Positions 18,117-28,467 of a stretch of DNA of 64,000 bases are shown here, one piece after another (the first letter of the stretch is position 1; every line of letters begins with the position of its first letter). The notes under the pieces were generated by a model. That model was not told where the DNA came from and searched no databases. It worked only from the letters and a program-made list of their open reading frames with translations. The stretch is taken from sequence record DRR723986_3475, one strand, 5' to 3'. The position numbers and the translations under genes were made by a program.

Positions 18117-18901
18117 TGATTAGATTGGTAAAAATAGCGACATTGTGTTTAGTTGTTTTTACTTCATGTGAAAAGGTAATTGATATACCTGTTAATGATG
18201 CTGATAAGAAAGTAGTTGTTGAAGGTGTTCTAAAAAATTATCCAGGTGAAAGTTATGTTAAATTGTCAAGGTCGGGAACGGTTTATGACAATGCCGGTTT
18301 TGAAAGACTGTCCAATGCGAATGTGATTATCACAGACGATAATGGTTCGGTGTTTGAATTTATTGAAGACCCCGAAGAGCAGGGGAAATATATTCTTCCA
18401 TCTTTTGCGGCTTTAGAGCATTCTTCTTACAGTTTAAAGGTGACTATTGAAGGACAAGAACTGACGGCAATTTCTACCAGTCGATCTTTGCCATCTATTG
18501 ATTCAATAACCTATACTTTTGAGTCCTTTGCTGGTAATGAGTTTTATTTGCCTTATTACCATTCGGTTGATAACGGGCAAGAAGCAAATCAATACCGATT
18601 GAGGATCTGGGTGAATGGCGAAGAGACAGAGATCTATTATTTAGGGGATGACCAGTTCATCAATGGTCAGTATTATGCGGCTCAATTTTTTGGAACATCT
18701 GCACAGTTATCCGATACTGTTTTTATAGAGATGTTAGAAATGGACGAGTACGTTTACGATTACTTTTATGGTCTGTCAAATGAGGCTGACAATAGTTCGT
18801 TTGCCCCAGCTCCCGGTAATCCGGTCAGTAATATTCAAGGGGATGCCCTAGGCTACTTCGGGGTCTTTATGACTGATACCGCCTCCATCATTATCCAATA
18901 A
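18116..18901 (+). CDS. DUF4249-family lipoprotein (tandem paralogue)
   Basis: Lipobox TSC-EKVID; C-terminal NPVSNIQGDALGYF. Confidence 0.85.
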   Translation: MIRLVKIATLCLVVFTSCEKVIDIPVNDADKKVVVEGVLKNYPGESYVKLSRSGTVYDNAGFERLSNANVIITDDNGSVFEFIEDPEEQGKYILPSFAALEHSSYSLKVTIEGQELTAISTSRSLPSIDSITYTFESFAGNEFYLPYYHSVDNGQEANQYRLRIWVNGEETEIYYLGDDQFINGQYYAAQFFGTSAQLSDTVFIEMLEMDEYVYDYFYGLSNEADNSSFAPAPGNPVSNIQGDALGYFGVFMTDTASIIIQ

Positions 18902-18922
18902 AATTTTTGAAACTTAAGCACT

Positions 18923-18949
18923 AAGCAATCCAAACGGGTTGCTTTTTTT
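18923..18949 (+). terminator. Intrinsic terminator after the TonB/DUF4249 operon
   Basis: AAGCAATCC-AAAC-GGGTTGCTT followed by a T-run. Confidence 0.8.
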
Positions 18950-18963
18950 GTTGCTATTCATTT

Positions 18964-18984
18964 AATCGAAAATCGAAAATCGAA
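18964..18984. repeat. AATCGAA x3 heptamer tandem
   Basis: aatcgaa-aatcgaa-aatcgaa; same unit as at 12894-12921. Confidence 0.7.
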
Positions 18985-19039
18985 AAAAAAAAGCCATTTC
19001 CAACTTATCAACAATTTCTAAGAAGAAAAGATAACTTTT

Positions 19040-19198
19040 CCACAATCGAAAAATTTTATACCACTTTTTCCCACTTCGATATTATTTGTTTAATCCCTAA
19101 TAATACTGTAACTTTAGCGACCCGATTTGTTATTTGTATAGAATAACCTATCGGAAGTTATTAACAATGGGTTAGTAAGTGGTAATTTGTGGGAATGG
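19040..19198. promoter_or_regulatory. MraZ-binding (dcw) boxes upstream of mraZ
   Basis: GTGG at 19179 and 19189 (10-nt period) and inverted CCAC at 19040, 19061 and 19071, consistent with the known GTGG direct-repeat MraZ operator. Confidence 0.65.
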
Positions 19199-19228
19199 AA
19201 TAATTAATTTTAACCAATTAAACAGAAC

Positions 19229-19696
19229 ATGTCAGGATTAGTCGGAGAATACGAATGCAAGCTAGATGCCAAAGGGAGGTTTTTATTCCCTTCAGGTCTA
19301 CGTAAGCAATTGGATCCGGCTGCGAATGAGGTTTTTATGGTGAACAAAGGTTTTGAGAATTGCCTCACCCTTTATCCAATGAATGAATGGGATAAGGTGT
19401 CGGCAAAAATTTCGAAGCTGAATTTATTCAAGCCAAAAAACAGAATGTTCTACAGGTTATTTCATCAAGGTGCCAAGCAATTGACGCTTGATAAGGCTGG
19501 GAGAATTTTGATTCCAACCGCACTGATGGAGAGAATTGGTTTGAAGAAGGAGGTGATGTTAACCGCTTATAATGATAGAATTGAAATTTGGGATAGATCC
19601 GAATATCTAGCTATGATGGACGAAAACATTGTTGATTTCTCTGATCTAGCAGATGATGTGATGGGAGAAATTGACAATGAAAATGGAGGAGAATAG
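19229..19696 (+). CDS. mraZ: Division/cell-wall cluster transcriptional repressor MraZ
   Basis: Two DxxGR motifs (LDAKGRF, LDKAGRI), IEIWD; first gene of the dcw cluster. Confidence 0.97.
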   Translation: MSGLVGEYECKLDAKGRFLFPSGLRKQLDPAANEVFMVNKGFENCLTLYPMNEWDKVSAKISKLNLFKPKNRMFYRLFHQGAKQLTLDKAGRILIPTALMERIGLKKEVMLTAYNDRIEIWDRSEYLAMMDENIVDFSDLADDVMGEIDNENGGE

Positions 19697-20594
19697 CGTT
19701 TATCATATACCTGTATTGTTTGAAGAGTCAATTTCTGCTCTTGAAATTCAATCGGACAGTGTTGTAGTTGATGTCACTTATGGTGGAGGAGGTCATTCAA
19801 AAGAGATTTTAAATCGATTGGGTGAGCAAGGTGTTTTGGCGGCTTTTGATCAAGATGCTGATGCGTTGGAGAATATCGTTGAGGATGATCGTTTGGTGTT
19901 CATTGATTCTAATTTCAGGTTCCTATACAACTTCGTAAAATATCATGATTTACTTCAGGTAGATGCACTCCTAGCGGATTTAGGTGTTTCGTCACATCAG
20001 TTTGATGTGGGCGAGAGAGGTTTCTCAATTCGTGAAGATGGCGAGCTAGATATGAGGATGAATCAAGAGGCTAATTTGACGGCTTTTAAAGTGGTGAATG
20101 ATTATCCAGAAAAAGAGCTTTTCCGCGTGTTCAACTCTTTTGCTGATTTACCAAATGTGAAAAAAGTTGTTTTTACTATTTCGTGCGAACGAAGAAATAG
20201 TAAGATTTCTACAACACATCAACTGGTTAAAATTTTAGAGAATATGGTTCCTCCTAAAAAGAAGAATCAGTTCTTGGCTCAGGTGTTTCAGGCAATCAGA
20301 ATAGAGGTGAATGACGAGATGTCCGCGTTGATGGATATGTTAGAGCAGTCGGCAAAAGTGATAAAGCCAGGTGGCCGATTGGTGGTTATTTCTTATCACT
20401 CAATCGAAGATAGATTAGTGAAAAATTTCATTAGAGAAGGCAGGTTTGATGGTCAAGCTGAAAAAGATGTTTTTGGGGTGGCGCATACGCCGTTTAAGGC
20501 AGTGACAAAAAAGCCAATTGTTCCATCAATCGAAGAGATTGAAAGGAATCCAAGGGCAAGAAGTGCAAAATTACGAGTGGCGGTGAAGGTATGA
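19683..20594 (+). CDS. rsmH: 16S rRNA m4C1402 methyltransferase RsmH (MraW)
   Basis: YHIPVL, DVTYGGGGHS, DLGVSSHQ, FQAIRIEVNDE, ISYHSIEDRLVK, NPRARSAKLR. ATG at 19683 is preferred over the track's TTG. Confidence 0.97.
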   Translation: MEENSVYHIPVLFEESISALEIQSDSVVVDVTYGGGGHSKEILNRLGEQGVLAAFDQDADALENIVEDDRLVFIDSNFRFLYNFVKYHDLLQVDALLADLGVSSHQFDVGERGFSIREDGELDMRMNQEANLTAFKVVNDYPEKELFRVFNSFADLPNVKKVVFTISCERRNSKISTTHQLVKILENMVPPKKKNQFLAQVFQAIRIEVNDEMSALMDMLEQSAKVIKPGGRLVVISYHSIEDRLVKNFIREGRFDGQAEKDVFGVAHTPFKAVTKKPIVPSIEEIERNPRARSAKLRVAVKV

Positions 20595-21028
20595 GTGGAA
20601 ACAAGTTTTTAAATAAAGAAGAGTCTGAAAAGCTGAAAGCTGCAGAAGAAGAAAAGCAAGCGAAAAAAAAGAAACGCGCTACTAAAAAGTCTTCTTCTAA
20701 AAGCGGTGGTAGGATGGTAGTTCAGATAATGAATGGTGAATTCCTCTCTAAAGATTGGTTTGTGAATCATCTACCCTTCACATTCTTTCTCGGATTCCTG
20801 ATTGTTGTGATGATTGGGTGGGGGTATTATGTAGAGACTGTAATTAAACATGAAGTGACGTTGAGGGAAGAATTAGGTGAGTTAGAGTCAGAGTTTTTTA
20901 CGTTAAACAGTGAATACAACACGAAAAAAGGTAGAGAACATATTGAAGCAAAATTACCGGCTAATGGGCCGAAAGAGAATAGGGTGACACCAAAAAAAAT
21001 AACAGTCAAAAAATATGTTTTTGATTGA
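20591..21028 (+). CDS. ftsL: FtsL-like cell division protein
   Basis: Lies between rsmH and ftsI; basic N-terminus, one TM helix, coiled coil. Confidence 0.75.
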   Translation: MSGNKFLNKEESEKLKAAEEEKQAKKKKRATKKSSSKSGGRMVVQIMNGEFLSKDWFVNHLPFTFFLGFLIVVMIGWGYYVETVIKHEVTLREELGELESEFFTLNSEYNTKKGREHIEAKLPANGPKENRVTPKKITVKKYVFD

Positions 21029-23115
21029 TGGATGATAAAAAACAAATATTAATTAAGTCGTACGTAATGTATGTGGTTGTGGCATTGGTAATGCTCACAA
21101 TTGTTGTGCGTGTAGTTAATATTCAGTACGGTGATGTAGTGCAAACTGCTCCAATTTCTGCTGATTCTACAATGGTGATGCCTACAAAAGTGGATTCTGT
21201 GCCGCCAATGCGTGGACGAATTTTGGCTGAAGATGGGTCTGATTTAGTGACGTCAATTCCATTGTACAATTTGCACATGGACATGACGGTGATTAAAGAT
21301 AAACTCTTTGAAGAAGTCGATTCACTAGCGATTAAACTGGCAACCGTTTTCGATCATAAATCACGAGTTGATTGGGAGGCTTATTTGAGAAAAGGCCGTG
21401 CAGATTCTAGTCAATATTTGTTGTTGAAAAACAATGTGAAGTATACGATTTTACAAGAGTTGCAAGAGTTTCCAATTCTTAGAGAGTCAAAGTACAAAGG
21501 AGGGTTTATTGTTGAGCAGCATTTTGAGCGGCAAATGCCAAATGGCTTGTTGGCTAAAAGAACGCTGGGTTATAAAAGAGAGGGTGCTAGACCTGTTGGA
21601 TTAGAGGGGTCATTCGATAATTACTTGACCGGAGAATTTGGTCTTCAGAACAAGCAATGGGTAAATGGTAGTTGGAAGCCTGTTGGAGTAGATTATTTAA
21701 AAGATCCAGTTCCTGGTTCTGATGTGATTACATCTATTAATGTCAACACACAAGAGGTGGCTGAAAATGAGTTAAAAAAACAGTTGAAGGCCCAAAATGC
21801 GGTGCATGGTTCTGTAGTGTTGATGGAAGTTGAGACTGGTTACATCAAGGCAATTGCCAATTTAACTAGGGATAAAGAATCGGGTAATTATTACGAAACC
21901 TACAATCATGCCGTGGGTACTAAAACAGATCCAGGATCAACCTTTAAGTTGGCCTCTTTAATGGCGCTTTTAGAAGATGGTAAAGTCGATATTACGGATG
22001 AGGTGGGTGCTTATGGTGAGTATCATTTCTACGATCATACAACTTATGATTCTCACAGAGGTGGTTATGGAAAAATAACCATTCAAAACGCCTTTGAGGT
22101 CTCTTCAAATGTCTTTTCAAAAATTGTTAATGACGCTTATTTTGAAGATGCCCAACAATATGTGGATCGTTTAAAATCTTTTGGTTTAGGTGATACTCTT
22201 GGTTTAGATATCGCTGGAGAGCCTTTTCCAGTGTTGAAGAATAGAGGTGAGGATGGTTGGTCTGGAATTACGCTTCCACAAATGGCTATAGGTTATGAGG
22301 TAGAATTGACTCCTATCCAGATTTTGGCTTTTTATAATGCAGTGGCTAATAACGGTACCCTTGTGAAGCCTCAGTTTGTTGAAGAAATCCGCCAAGATGA
22401 TAAAACAATTAAGCGCTTTGAGCCAATTATATTGAACGAAAGAATTTGCTCTGAAGAGACGATAGAAAAGTTAAAAATCTGCTTAGAAGGAGTTGTAGAA
22501 AGAGGGACAGGAAAAGCATTACAATCTTCAAACTTCTCAATTGCTGGTAAAACAGGGACAGCTAAAATCGTGAATTCCAATATGGGCTATGGTGATGATT
22601 ACCAAGCCTCTTTTGTAGGGTACTTTCCAGCTGATGATCCTAAATATTCTTGCATTGTTACGATTGCCGGACCAACAAAACAAATTTATGGGGCACAGGT
22701 ATCTGGAACTGTGTTCACAGCAATTGCGGATAAAGTATTCTCAACTTCTCTTGAATATCATGATGACCTGCAAGATCAACCGATTGTAGCAACATCTCCA
22801 TTGGTGAAATTCGGGAATACAGTAGATACCCAGAAGGCATTGGAGAGAATGAAGGTGAGGTACACTGATAATTCCCAAGGTTCAGAGTATTTGGTAGCCA
22901 TTAATTCTGAAGATAAAATCTCGCTTCAGCAAAGAAATATCGACCATACAAAAGTGCCAAATGTTGTAGGGATGCCTATGAATGATGCTGTTTATCTCTT
23001 AGAAAATTTTGGATTTAGAGTGAAAGTGCAAGGGCACGGTCAGGTGGTATCTCAGTCGCAAAAGGCAGGCTCAAAAAGAGTTGATGGAACATTAATAAAA
23101 CTGGTCTTAAAATAG
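21028..23115 (+). CDS. ftsI: Penicillin-binding protein 3 (FtsI) with PASTA domain
   Basis: RGRILAEDG, PGSTFK (SxxK), SSN, KTGT, C-terminal VPNVVGM PASTA. ATG overlaps the ftsL stop (TGATG). Confidence 0.95.
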   Translation: MDDKKQILIKSYVMYVVVALVMLTIVVRVVNIQYGDVVQTAPISADSTMVMPTKVDSVPPMRGRILAEDGSDLVTSIPLYNLHMDMTVIKDKLFEEVDSLAIKLATVFDHKSRVDWEAYLRKGRADSSQYLLLKNNVKYTILQELQEFPILRESKYKGGFIVEQHFERQMPNGLLAKRTLGYKREGARPVGLEGSFDNYLTGEFGLQNKQWVNGSWKPVGVDYLKDPVPGSDVITSINVNTQEVAENELKKQLKAQNAVHGSVVLMEVETGYIKAIANLTRDKESGNYYETYNHAVGTKTDPGSTFKLASLMALLEDGKVDITDEVGAYGEYHFYDHTTYDSHRGGYGKITIQNAFEVSSNVFSKIVNDAYFEDAQQYVDRLKSFGLGDTLGLDIAGEPFPVLKNRGEDGWSGITLPQMAIGYEVELTPIQILAFYNAVANNGTLVKPQFVEEIRQDDKTIKRFEPIILNERICSEETIEKLKICLEGVVERGTGKALQSSNFSIAGKTGTAKIVNSNMGYGDDYQASFVGYFPADDPKYSCIVTIAGPTKQIYGAQVSGTVFTAIADKVFSTSLEYHDDLQDQPIVATSPLVKFGNTVDTQKALERMKVRYTDNSQGSEYLVAINSEDKISLQQRNIDHTKVPNVVGMPMNDAVYLLENFGFRVKVQGHGQVVSQSQKAGSKRVDGTLIKLVLK

Positions 23116-24578
23116 TGAAGAATTTACAAGACATATTATACAAAGTTGGTCTCGTTGAAACACATGGTTCTACGAATATTGATATTTCAAAAGTTGTTTT
23201 TGATTCTCGTCAAGTGGTAGATGCTTGCTTATTTGTTGCGACTAAAGGTGAGAAAGCTGATGGTCACAATTTTATTGATGAGGTCATTAAAAATGGTGCT
23301 TTAGCCATACTGTGTGAGAATTTACCAGAAAGTCTTGAGGCTGGAATCACTTATATTAAAGTGAAAGATTCGCATGAAGCTTTAGGTTTTGTTGCTTCTA
23401 ATTTCTACGATAATCCTTCAAACGACTTGAAGATGGTAGGAATTACCGGAACGAATGGTAAAACTACCACTACTACTTTATTGCATGATCTTGTTTCGGC
23501 TTTAGGATATCCAGCCGGATTAATTTCTACAGTTGTCAATAAAATAGAAAAAGAGGAAATTCCATCTACGCATACTACTCCTAATCCAGTTGCTTTAAAT
23601 GAATTGTTGAGAGAAATGGTGGATGCAGGGTGTGGTTACTGCTTTATGGAGGTGAGCTCGCATGCAATCCACCAAAACAGAATTGCAGGTTTGAGTTTCG
23701 ATATCGCCGTTTTCTCTAATATCACACATGATCATTTAGATTATCACAAAACATTTAAAGAGTACATCAATGCTAAGAAAAAATTCTTTGATGACCTGAC
23801 TTCTGGTGCCATTGCTATTACCAATGTGGATGATGCCAATGGCTTGGTGATGGTTCAAAATACTAAAGCGAAAGTAAAAACGCTGGCGCTTCAAACAGTT
23901 GCCGATTACAAAGCAAAAGTGCTCGAGAATTCTTTTTCAGGATTAGTGTTGAGCATAAATAATCAAGATGTATGGACCAATTTAATTGGTGGATTTAATG
24001 CGTATAACATTCTTACCGTTTACGCTATTGCTTGCGAATTAGGCTTGGATGAAGTGGAAATCTTGACAGAAATCAGCAAGCTTAAATCTGTTGAAGGACG
24101 ATTCGAATATTTAAAGTCTGAGAAAAACATCATTGCCATTGTAGACTATGCACATACGCCTGACGCGCTTAAAAATGTATTGTCCACTATTCAATCCGTG
24201 CGAACCAGAAACGAGCAAGTGTTGACAGTTGTTGGATGCGGGGGAGATCGAGATAAAACAAAGCGTCCCTTAATGGCTGCTATTGCTTCTGAGTTGTCAG
24301 ATAAAGTGATTTTGACTTCAGATAATCCGCGGTCAGAAAATCCGGAAACCATTATTGAAGATATGAAAGTGGGCGTGCCTGCTGATAGGTCGGCGCGTGC
24401 AATGGCTATTACGAATAGAGAAGAGGCAATTAAAGTGGCCTGTACTTTGGCTGAACCTGGAGATATCGTGTTGGTTGCTGGTAAAGGCCATGAAAAATAC
24501 CAAGAAATCAAAGGAGAGAGATTTCCTTTTGATGATTACGAAACCTTAAAACAAACCCTTAAAAACCTGAATAAGTAA
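23115..24578 (+). CDS. murE: UDP-MurNAc-L-Ala-D-Glu:meso-DAP ligase
   Basis: [29 protein letters not shown] (DAP-specific DNPR), AGKGHE. Confidence 0.97.
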   Translation: MKNLQDILYKVGLVETHGSTNIDISKVVFDSRQVVDACLFVATKGEKADGHNFIDEVIKNGALAILCENLPESLEAGITYIKVKDSHEALGFVASNFYDNPSNDLKMVGITGTNGKTTTTTLLHDLVSALGYPAGLISTVVNKIEKEEIPSTHTTPNPVALNELLREMVDAGCGYCFMEVSSHAIHQNRIAGLSFDIAVFSNITHDHLDYHKTFKEYINAKKKFFDDLTSGAIAITNVDDANGLVMVQNTKAKVKTLALQTVADYKAKVLENSFSGLVLSINNQDVWTNLIGGFNAYNILTVYAIACELGLDEVEILTEISKLKSVEGRFEYLKSEKNIIAIVDYAHTPDALKNVLSTIQSVRTRNEQVLTVVGCGGDRDKTKRPLMAAIASELSDKVILTSDNPRSENPETIIEDMKVGVPADRSARAMAITNREEAIKVACTLAEPGDIVLVAGKGHEKYQEIKGERFPFDDYETLKQTLKNLNK

Positions 24579-25819
24579 TGTTATACTATTTATTTCAATA
24601 CCTAGATGAATTAGGAGTTCCTGGAGCGGGTGTAATGGATTACATCTCTTTTAGAGCGGCCTTTGCCATTATTACTTCTTTATTGATTTCCATGGTTTTC
24701 GGAAATCGATTAATCAATCTATTGCGTAAACAGCAAGTAGGTGAAACGGTTAGAGATTTAGGCCTTGAAGGTCAAAAAGAGAAAGAGGGTACACCAACAA
24801 TGGGTGGTTTAATCATCTTAGCCTCAATTTTGATCCCAACTCTTTTGTTTGCAAAGTTGGACAACATCTATGTGATTCTAATGCTTGTTTCTACCGTTCT
24901 ATTCGGATTGATAGGTTTCATTGATGATTACATCAAGGTCTTTAAAAAGAATAAAGAAGGTCTTGCAGGGCGATTTAAAATTGTCGGGCAAGTGTTTGTT
25001 GGGGCAATTGTTGGTGGGGTCTTGTATTTTCATCCGGATGTTCAAGTGCATGAGAATGTTCCTGAGTCTACTGTAATTACGAGTATTCAAGAGGATGTTA
25101 CGGATAAACATCAGATAGTTCCTGAAGGAACTAAGTATGTGGTAAAAAAGGACATGACCACAACAATTCCTTTTATCAAAGGGAACGAATTCAATTACAA
25201 TTGGATCATAGGTGATGAAAATAAATCATACGGTTGGTTGCTCTTTATTCCAGTAGTGATCATCATCATTACTGCCGTTTCTAACGGAGCCAACATGACA
25301 GATGGTTTGGATGGTTTGGCTACCGGTACATCCGCGATTATTGGTATTGCCCTTGCCATTTTCGCTTACGTTTCTGGACACATTGAATTTGCTGACTACT
25401 TGGGTGTGATGTATATCCCGTATTCATCTGAACTGGTGATTTTCATATCTGCATTTATGGGGGCTTGTATCGGCTTTTTATGGCACAACTCATATCCAGC
25501 TAAAGTTTTTATGGGGGATACGGGTTCTCTAGCAATAGGGGGAATTATTGCTGTGTTCGCCATCATCATTCGTAAAGAATTATTGATTCCGGTTTTATGC
25601 GGAGTTTTCTTGATTGAAAATGTATCTGTTATGATGCAGGTGGGATGGTTCAAATTCACCAAAAAGAAATACGGAGAAGGGCGTAGGATTTTCCTAATGG
25701 CTCCACTTCATCATCACTTTCAGAAAAAAGGTATGCACGAAGCTAAGATTGTCTCCCGCTTTTGGATAGTCGGAGTAATTCTCGCAGTAATAACAATTGT
25801 AACACTAAAACTAAGGTAA
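24578..25819 (+). CDS. mraY: Phospho-MurNAc-pentapeptide transferase
   Basis: [40 protein letters not shown]. Confidence 0.97.
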   Translation: MLYYLFQYLDELGVPGAGVMDYISFRAAFAIITSLLISMVFGNRLINLLRKQQVGETVRDLGLEGQKEKEGTPTMGGLIILASILIPTLLFAKLDNIYVILMLVSTVLFGLIGFIDDYIKVFKKNKEGLAGRFKIVGQVFVGAIVGGVLYFHPDVQVHENVPESTVITSIQEDVTDKHQIVPEGTKYVVKKDMTTTIPFIKGNEFNYNWIIGDENKSYGWLLFIPVVIIIITAVSNGANMTDGLDGLATGTSAIIGIALAIFAYVSGHIEFADYLGVMYIPYSSELVIFISAFMGACIGFLWHNSYPAKVFMGDTGSLAIGGIIAVFAIIIRKELLIPVLCGVFLIENVSVMMQVGWFKFTKKKYGEGRRIFLMAPLHHHFQKKGMHEAKIVSRFWIVGVILAVITIVTLKLR

Positions 25820-25872
25820 TACGAAATGGGCTGTCGAAGACAAATTTCACCAAATCAGGAATAAAAAGAAAA

Positions 25873-27231
25873 ATGACAACAAACCAAAATATAGCAATCT
25901 TGGGAGCCGGCGAAAGCGGGGTTGGAGCAGCTCTATTGGCAAAAGCTAAAGGCTTCAATGTGTTTGTGTCTGATAAAGGAAAAATTAAAGCATCCTACCA
26001 AAAAGAATTGGAAGAGAATGCCATTGAATTTGAATCAGAGCAACATGATGTCAATCGCATTTTGCAAGCTGACCTGATCATTAAAAGTCCTGGTATTCCT
26101 GAAAAAGTTGAGCTTGTTCAACGTGCACTGCAGAAAGATATTCCAGTAATATCAGAAATAGAATTTGCTGGGAAGTATACCGATAAAAAGCTGATTTGCA
26201 TTACGGGAAGTAATGGAAAAACTACAACAACCATGTGGATTCATCACATCTTGAAAAAAGCAGGGTTAGAAGTAGCTATGGCTGGCAATGTTGGTGAGTC
26301 CTTGGCTCGTCAGGTGGTAGAAGATAAGCCCGGTTATTATGTAATTGAATTGAGTTCATTTCAGCTTGATGGCATGTTTGATTTCAAGGCTGATATCGCA
26401 GTATTACTCAATATCACTCCAGATCATCTTGATCGATATGATTACGAAATGCAAAACTATGTGAATTCTAAATTCAGAATCACTCAAAATCTTACTGCCA
26501 ACGACTGGTTTGTCTACAATGCAGACGACCCAATCATTGTCAATGAAATCGCTAAAAGAGACATTAAGGCTCAGTTAGCGCCATTCTCTCTGAATCAAAA
26601 AGAAGGAATGGTAGGATATGTAAACAACAACCAAATTAATATAAACCTATCTGCGAAAGCAGAATTAAAACCAGAATTTACTATGTCGATTCACGATTTA
26701 TCCCTTAAGGGTAAGCACAATACCCAAAATTCAATGGCGTCAGGTATTACGTCAAAAATTTTAGAAATACGTAACGAGTCTATCAGAGACAGTTTATCTG
26801 ACTTCAAAAACGTTGAGCACAGATTAGAATTTGTTGCAAAAGTTAACGGAATTGAGTTCATTAACGATTCAAAAGCCACCAATGTTAATTCAACATGGTA
26901 TGCTCTAGAAAGCATGGACAAACCTACTGTTTGGATAGTTGGAGGCGTTGATAAAGGAAACGATTACGATACGCTACTTCCTCTAATCAAAGAAAAGGTG
27001 AAAGCCGTAATTTGTTTAGGCAAAGACAACGAAAAAATTAAAGAGGCATTCTCAGGAACTGTTGACGTAATCGTTGAGGCTGGTTCTGCTGTTGAGGCAG
27101 TTGCATTCGGGTATCAATTAGCGAAAAAAGACAATACGGTATTATTGTCTCCTGCTTGTGCGTCTTTTGATTTATTCGAAAATTACGAAGACAGAGGTGC
27201 GCAATTTAAAGCAGCCGTTCGTTCACTGTAA
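25873..27231 (+). CDS. murD: UDP-MurNAc-L-Ala:D-Glu ligase
   Basis: ILGAGESG, ITGSNGKTT, ELSSFQL, NDSKATN, LLSPACASFD. Start moved to the ATG at 25873. Confidence 0.97.
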   Translation: MTTNQNIAILGAGESGVGAALLAKAKGFNVFVSDKGKIKASYQKELEENAIEFESEQHDVNRILQADLIIKSPGIPEKVELVQRALQKDIPVISEIEFAGKYTDKKLICITGSNGKTTTTMWIHHILKKAGLEVAMAGNVGESLARQVVEDKPGYYVIELSSFQLDGMFDFKADIAVLLNITPDHLDRYDYEMQNYVNSKFRITQNLTANDWFVYNADDPIIVNEIAKRDIKAQLAPFSLNQKEGMVGYVNNNQININLSAKAELKPEFTMSIHDLSLKGKHNTQNSMASGITSKILEIRNESIRDSLSDFKNVEHRLEFVAKVNGIEFINDSKATNVNSTWYALESMDKPTVWIVGGVDKGNDYDTLLPLIKEKVKAVICLGKDNEKIKEAFSGTVDVIVEAGSAVEAVAFGYQLAKKDNTVLLSPACASFDLFENYEDRGAQFKAAVRSL

Positions 27232-27243
27232 TTCCGTTGATTT

Positions 27244-28467
27244 TTGAATAGTCTGTTTAAATATTTAGGTGGAGACCGGAATATCTGGGTACTTGCAATA
27301 ATGCTTGGCCTGCTTTCGGTTATCTCAGTGTTTAGCTTTATCCCAATTTTGGTAAAGGCAAAAGGCTTGAGCTATTCCTACCTGTTTTTTAAACATTTGA
27401 TTCTACTGATTTTGGGATTTGTGATCATGTATGGTATTCACAAAGTTCCAACTAAAGTATTTTCAAAACTTTCGAAGTTGCTTTTTTATGCCTCAGTGGT
27501 ATTGCTGGTGTTGACTATGTTTTTGGGAGAGAGTGTGAATGGGGCTGACAGATGGTTGAAAATTCCGTTTGTGCCGTTCTCGTTTCAGACCTCAGACTTT
27601 GCAAAGTTAGCGCTCATCATCTACCTCTCACGGCAGTTAGTGAAACGAAAAAAAGACTTTCAAAAATTTGATATTGTTTTTAAACACATTCTACTTCCTG
27701 TAGGAATAACCATGTTTCTCATTCTTCCTTCGAACCTCTCTACCGCCGTATTGGTTGGTTTTATTGGGTTTGTTATGATGGTGTTAGCTAAGGTTCCTTG
27801 GAAATGGATTGGAGCTTCTTTTGGAGCAGCTGTTGCTGGATTCTCATTGTTATTATTGATATCCAGTGTGGCGCCTGAAGCCCTTCCTAGAGTTGAAACA
27901 TGGAGAAGTAGAATTGTGAAAATGTTTGGGGATGAAGAGACAATGAATCCTCAAGAAAATATGCAAGTGAACAACGCACTTGCAGCCATTAAAAATGGGG
28001 CCATGACGGCAGACAGCCCATTTCCTGGGAAAGGTCCAGGGAATGGAGTATTAAAGCATTATATCCCTGAGGCTTATGCTGATTTTTATTTTGCTGCCTT
28101 GATTGAGGAAGGTGGATTGCCTATGGCAATTGTGGTCATCATGCTTTACATGTGGCTCTTTTTTAGATTCATTAAAACAGGCTTGGCCTCACCAAATGAA
28201 TTCGCGACTTATTTGGCTGTGGGGATTGGCATCATGATGATGTCGCAAGTAATGGTCAATATGTTAGTGAGCACGAAATTGATGCCGGTTACCGGTCAAA
28301 ATATGCCCTTGCTGAGTATGGGAGGAACATCTGCCTGGTTTACTTGTATAGCTTTTGGAATTGTCTTGGGCATTAGTCGTGAACAAGAAAAGACTTCTAA
28401 GTCAGGATCAAAAAGTGATTCGACTAAAAACGAAATTAAAACAGATATAGAAAATGCCATTGCGTAA
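27244..28467 (+). CDS. ftsW: SEDS glycosyltransferase FtsW
   Basis: NGADRW, FQTSDFAK, IPEAYADF, EEGG, PVTGQNMPLLSMGGT; TTG start. Confidence 0.95.
   Translation: MNSLFKYLGGDRNIWVLAIMLGLLSVISVFSFIPILVKAKGLSYSYLFFKHLILLILGFVIMYGIHKVPTKVFSKLSKLLFYASVVLLVLTMFLGESVNGADRWLKIPFVPFSFQTSDFAKLALIIYLSRQLVKRKKDFQKFDIVFKHILLPVGITMFLILPSNLSTAVLVGFIGFVMMVLAKVPWKWIGASFGAAVAGFSLLLLISSVAPEALPRVETWRSRIVKMFGDEETMNPQENMQVNNALAAIKNGAMTADSPFPGKGPGNGVLKHYIPEAYADFYFAALIEEGGLPMAIVVIMLYMWLFFRFIKTGLASPNEFATYLAVGIGIMMMSQVMVNMLVSTKLMPVTGQNMPLLSMGGTSAWFTCIAFGIVLGISREQEKTSKSGSKSDSTKNEIKTDIENAIA

Noticed and set aside
25762..25872. 37-aa N-terminal extension of MurD in the ORF track
   Set aside because: The TTG start overlaps mraY by 58 nt; the ATG at 25873 has an A-rich context and directly precedes the GAGESG fold.
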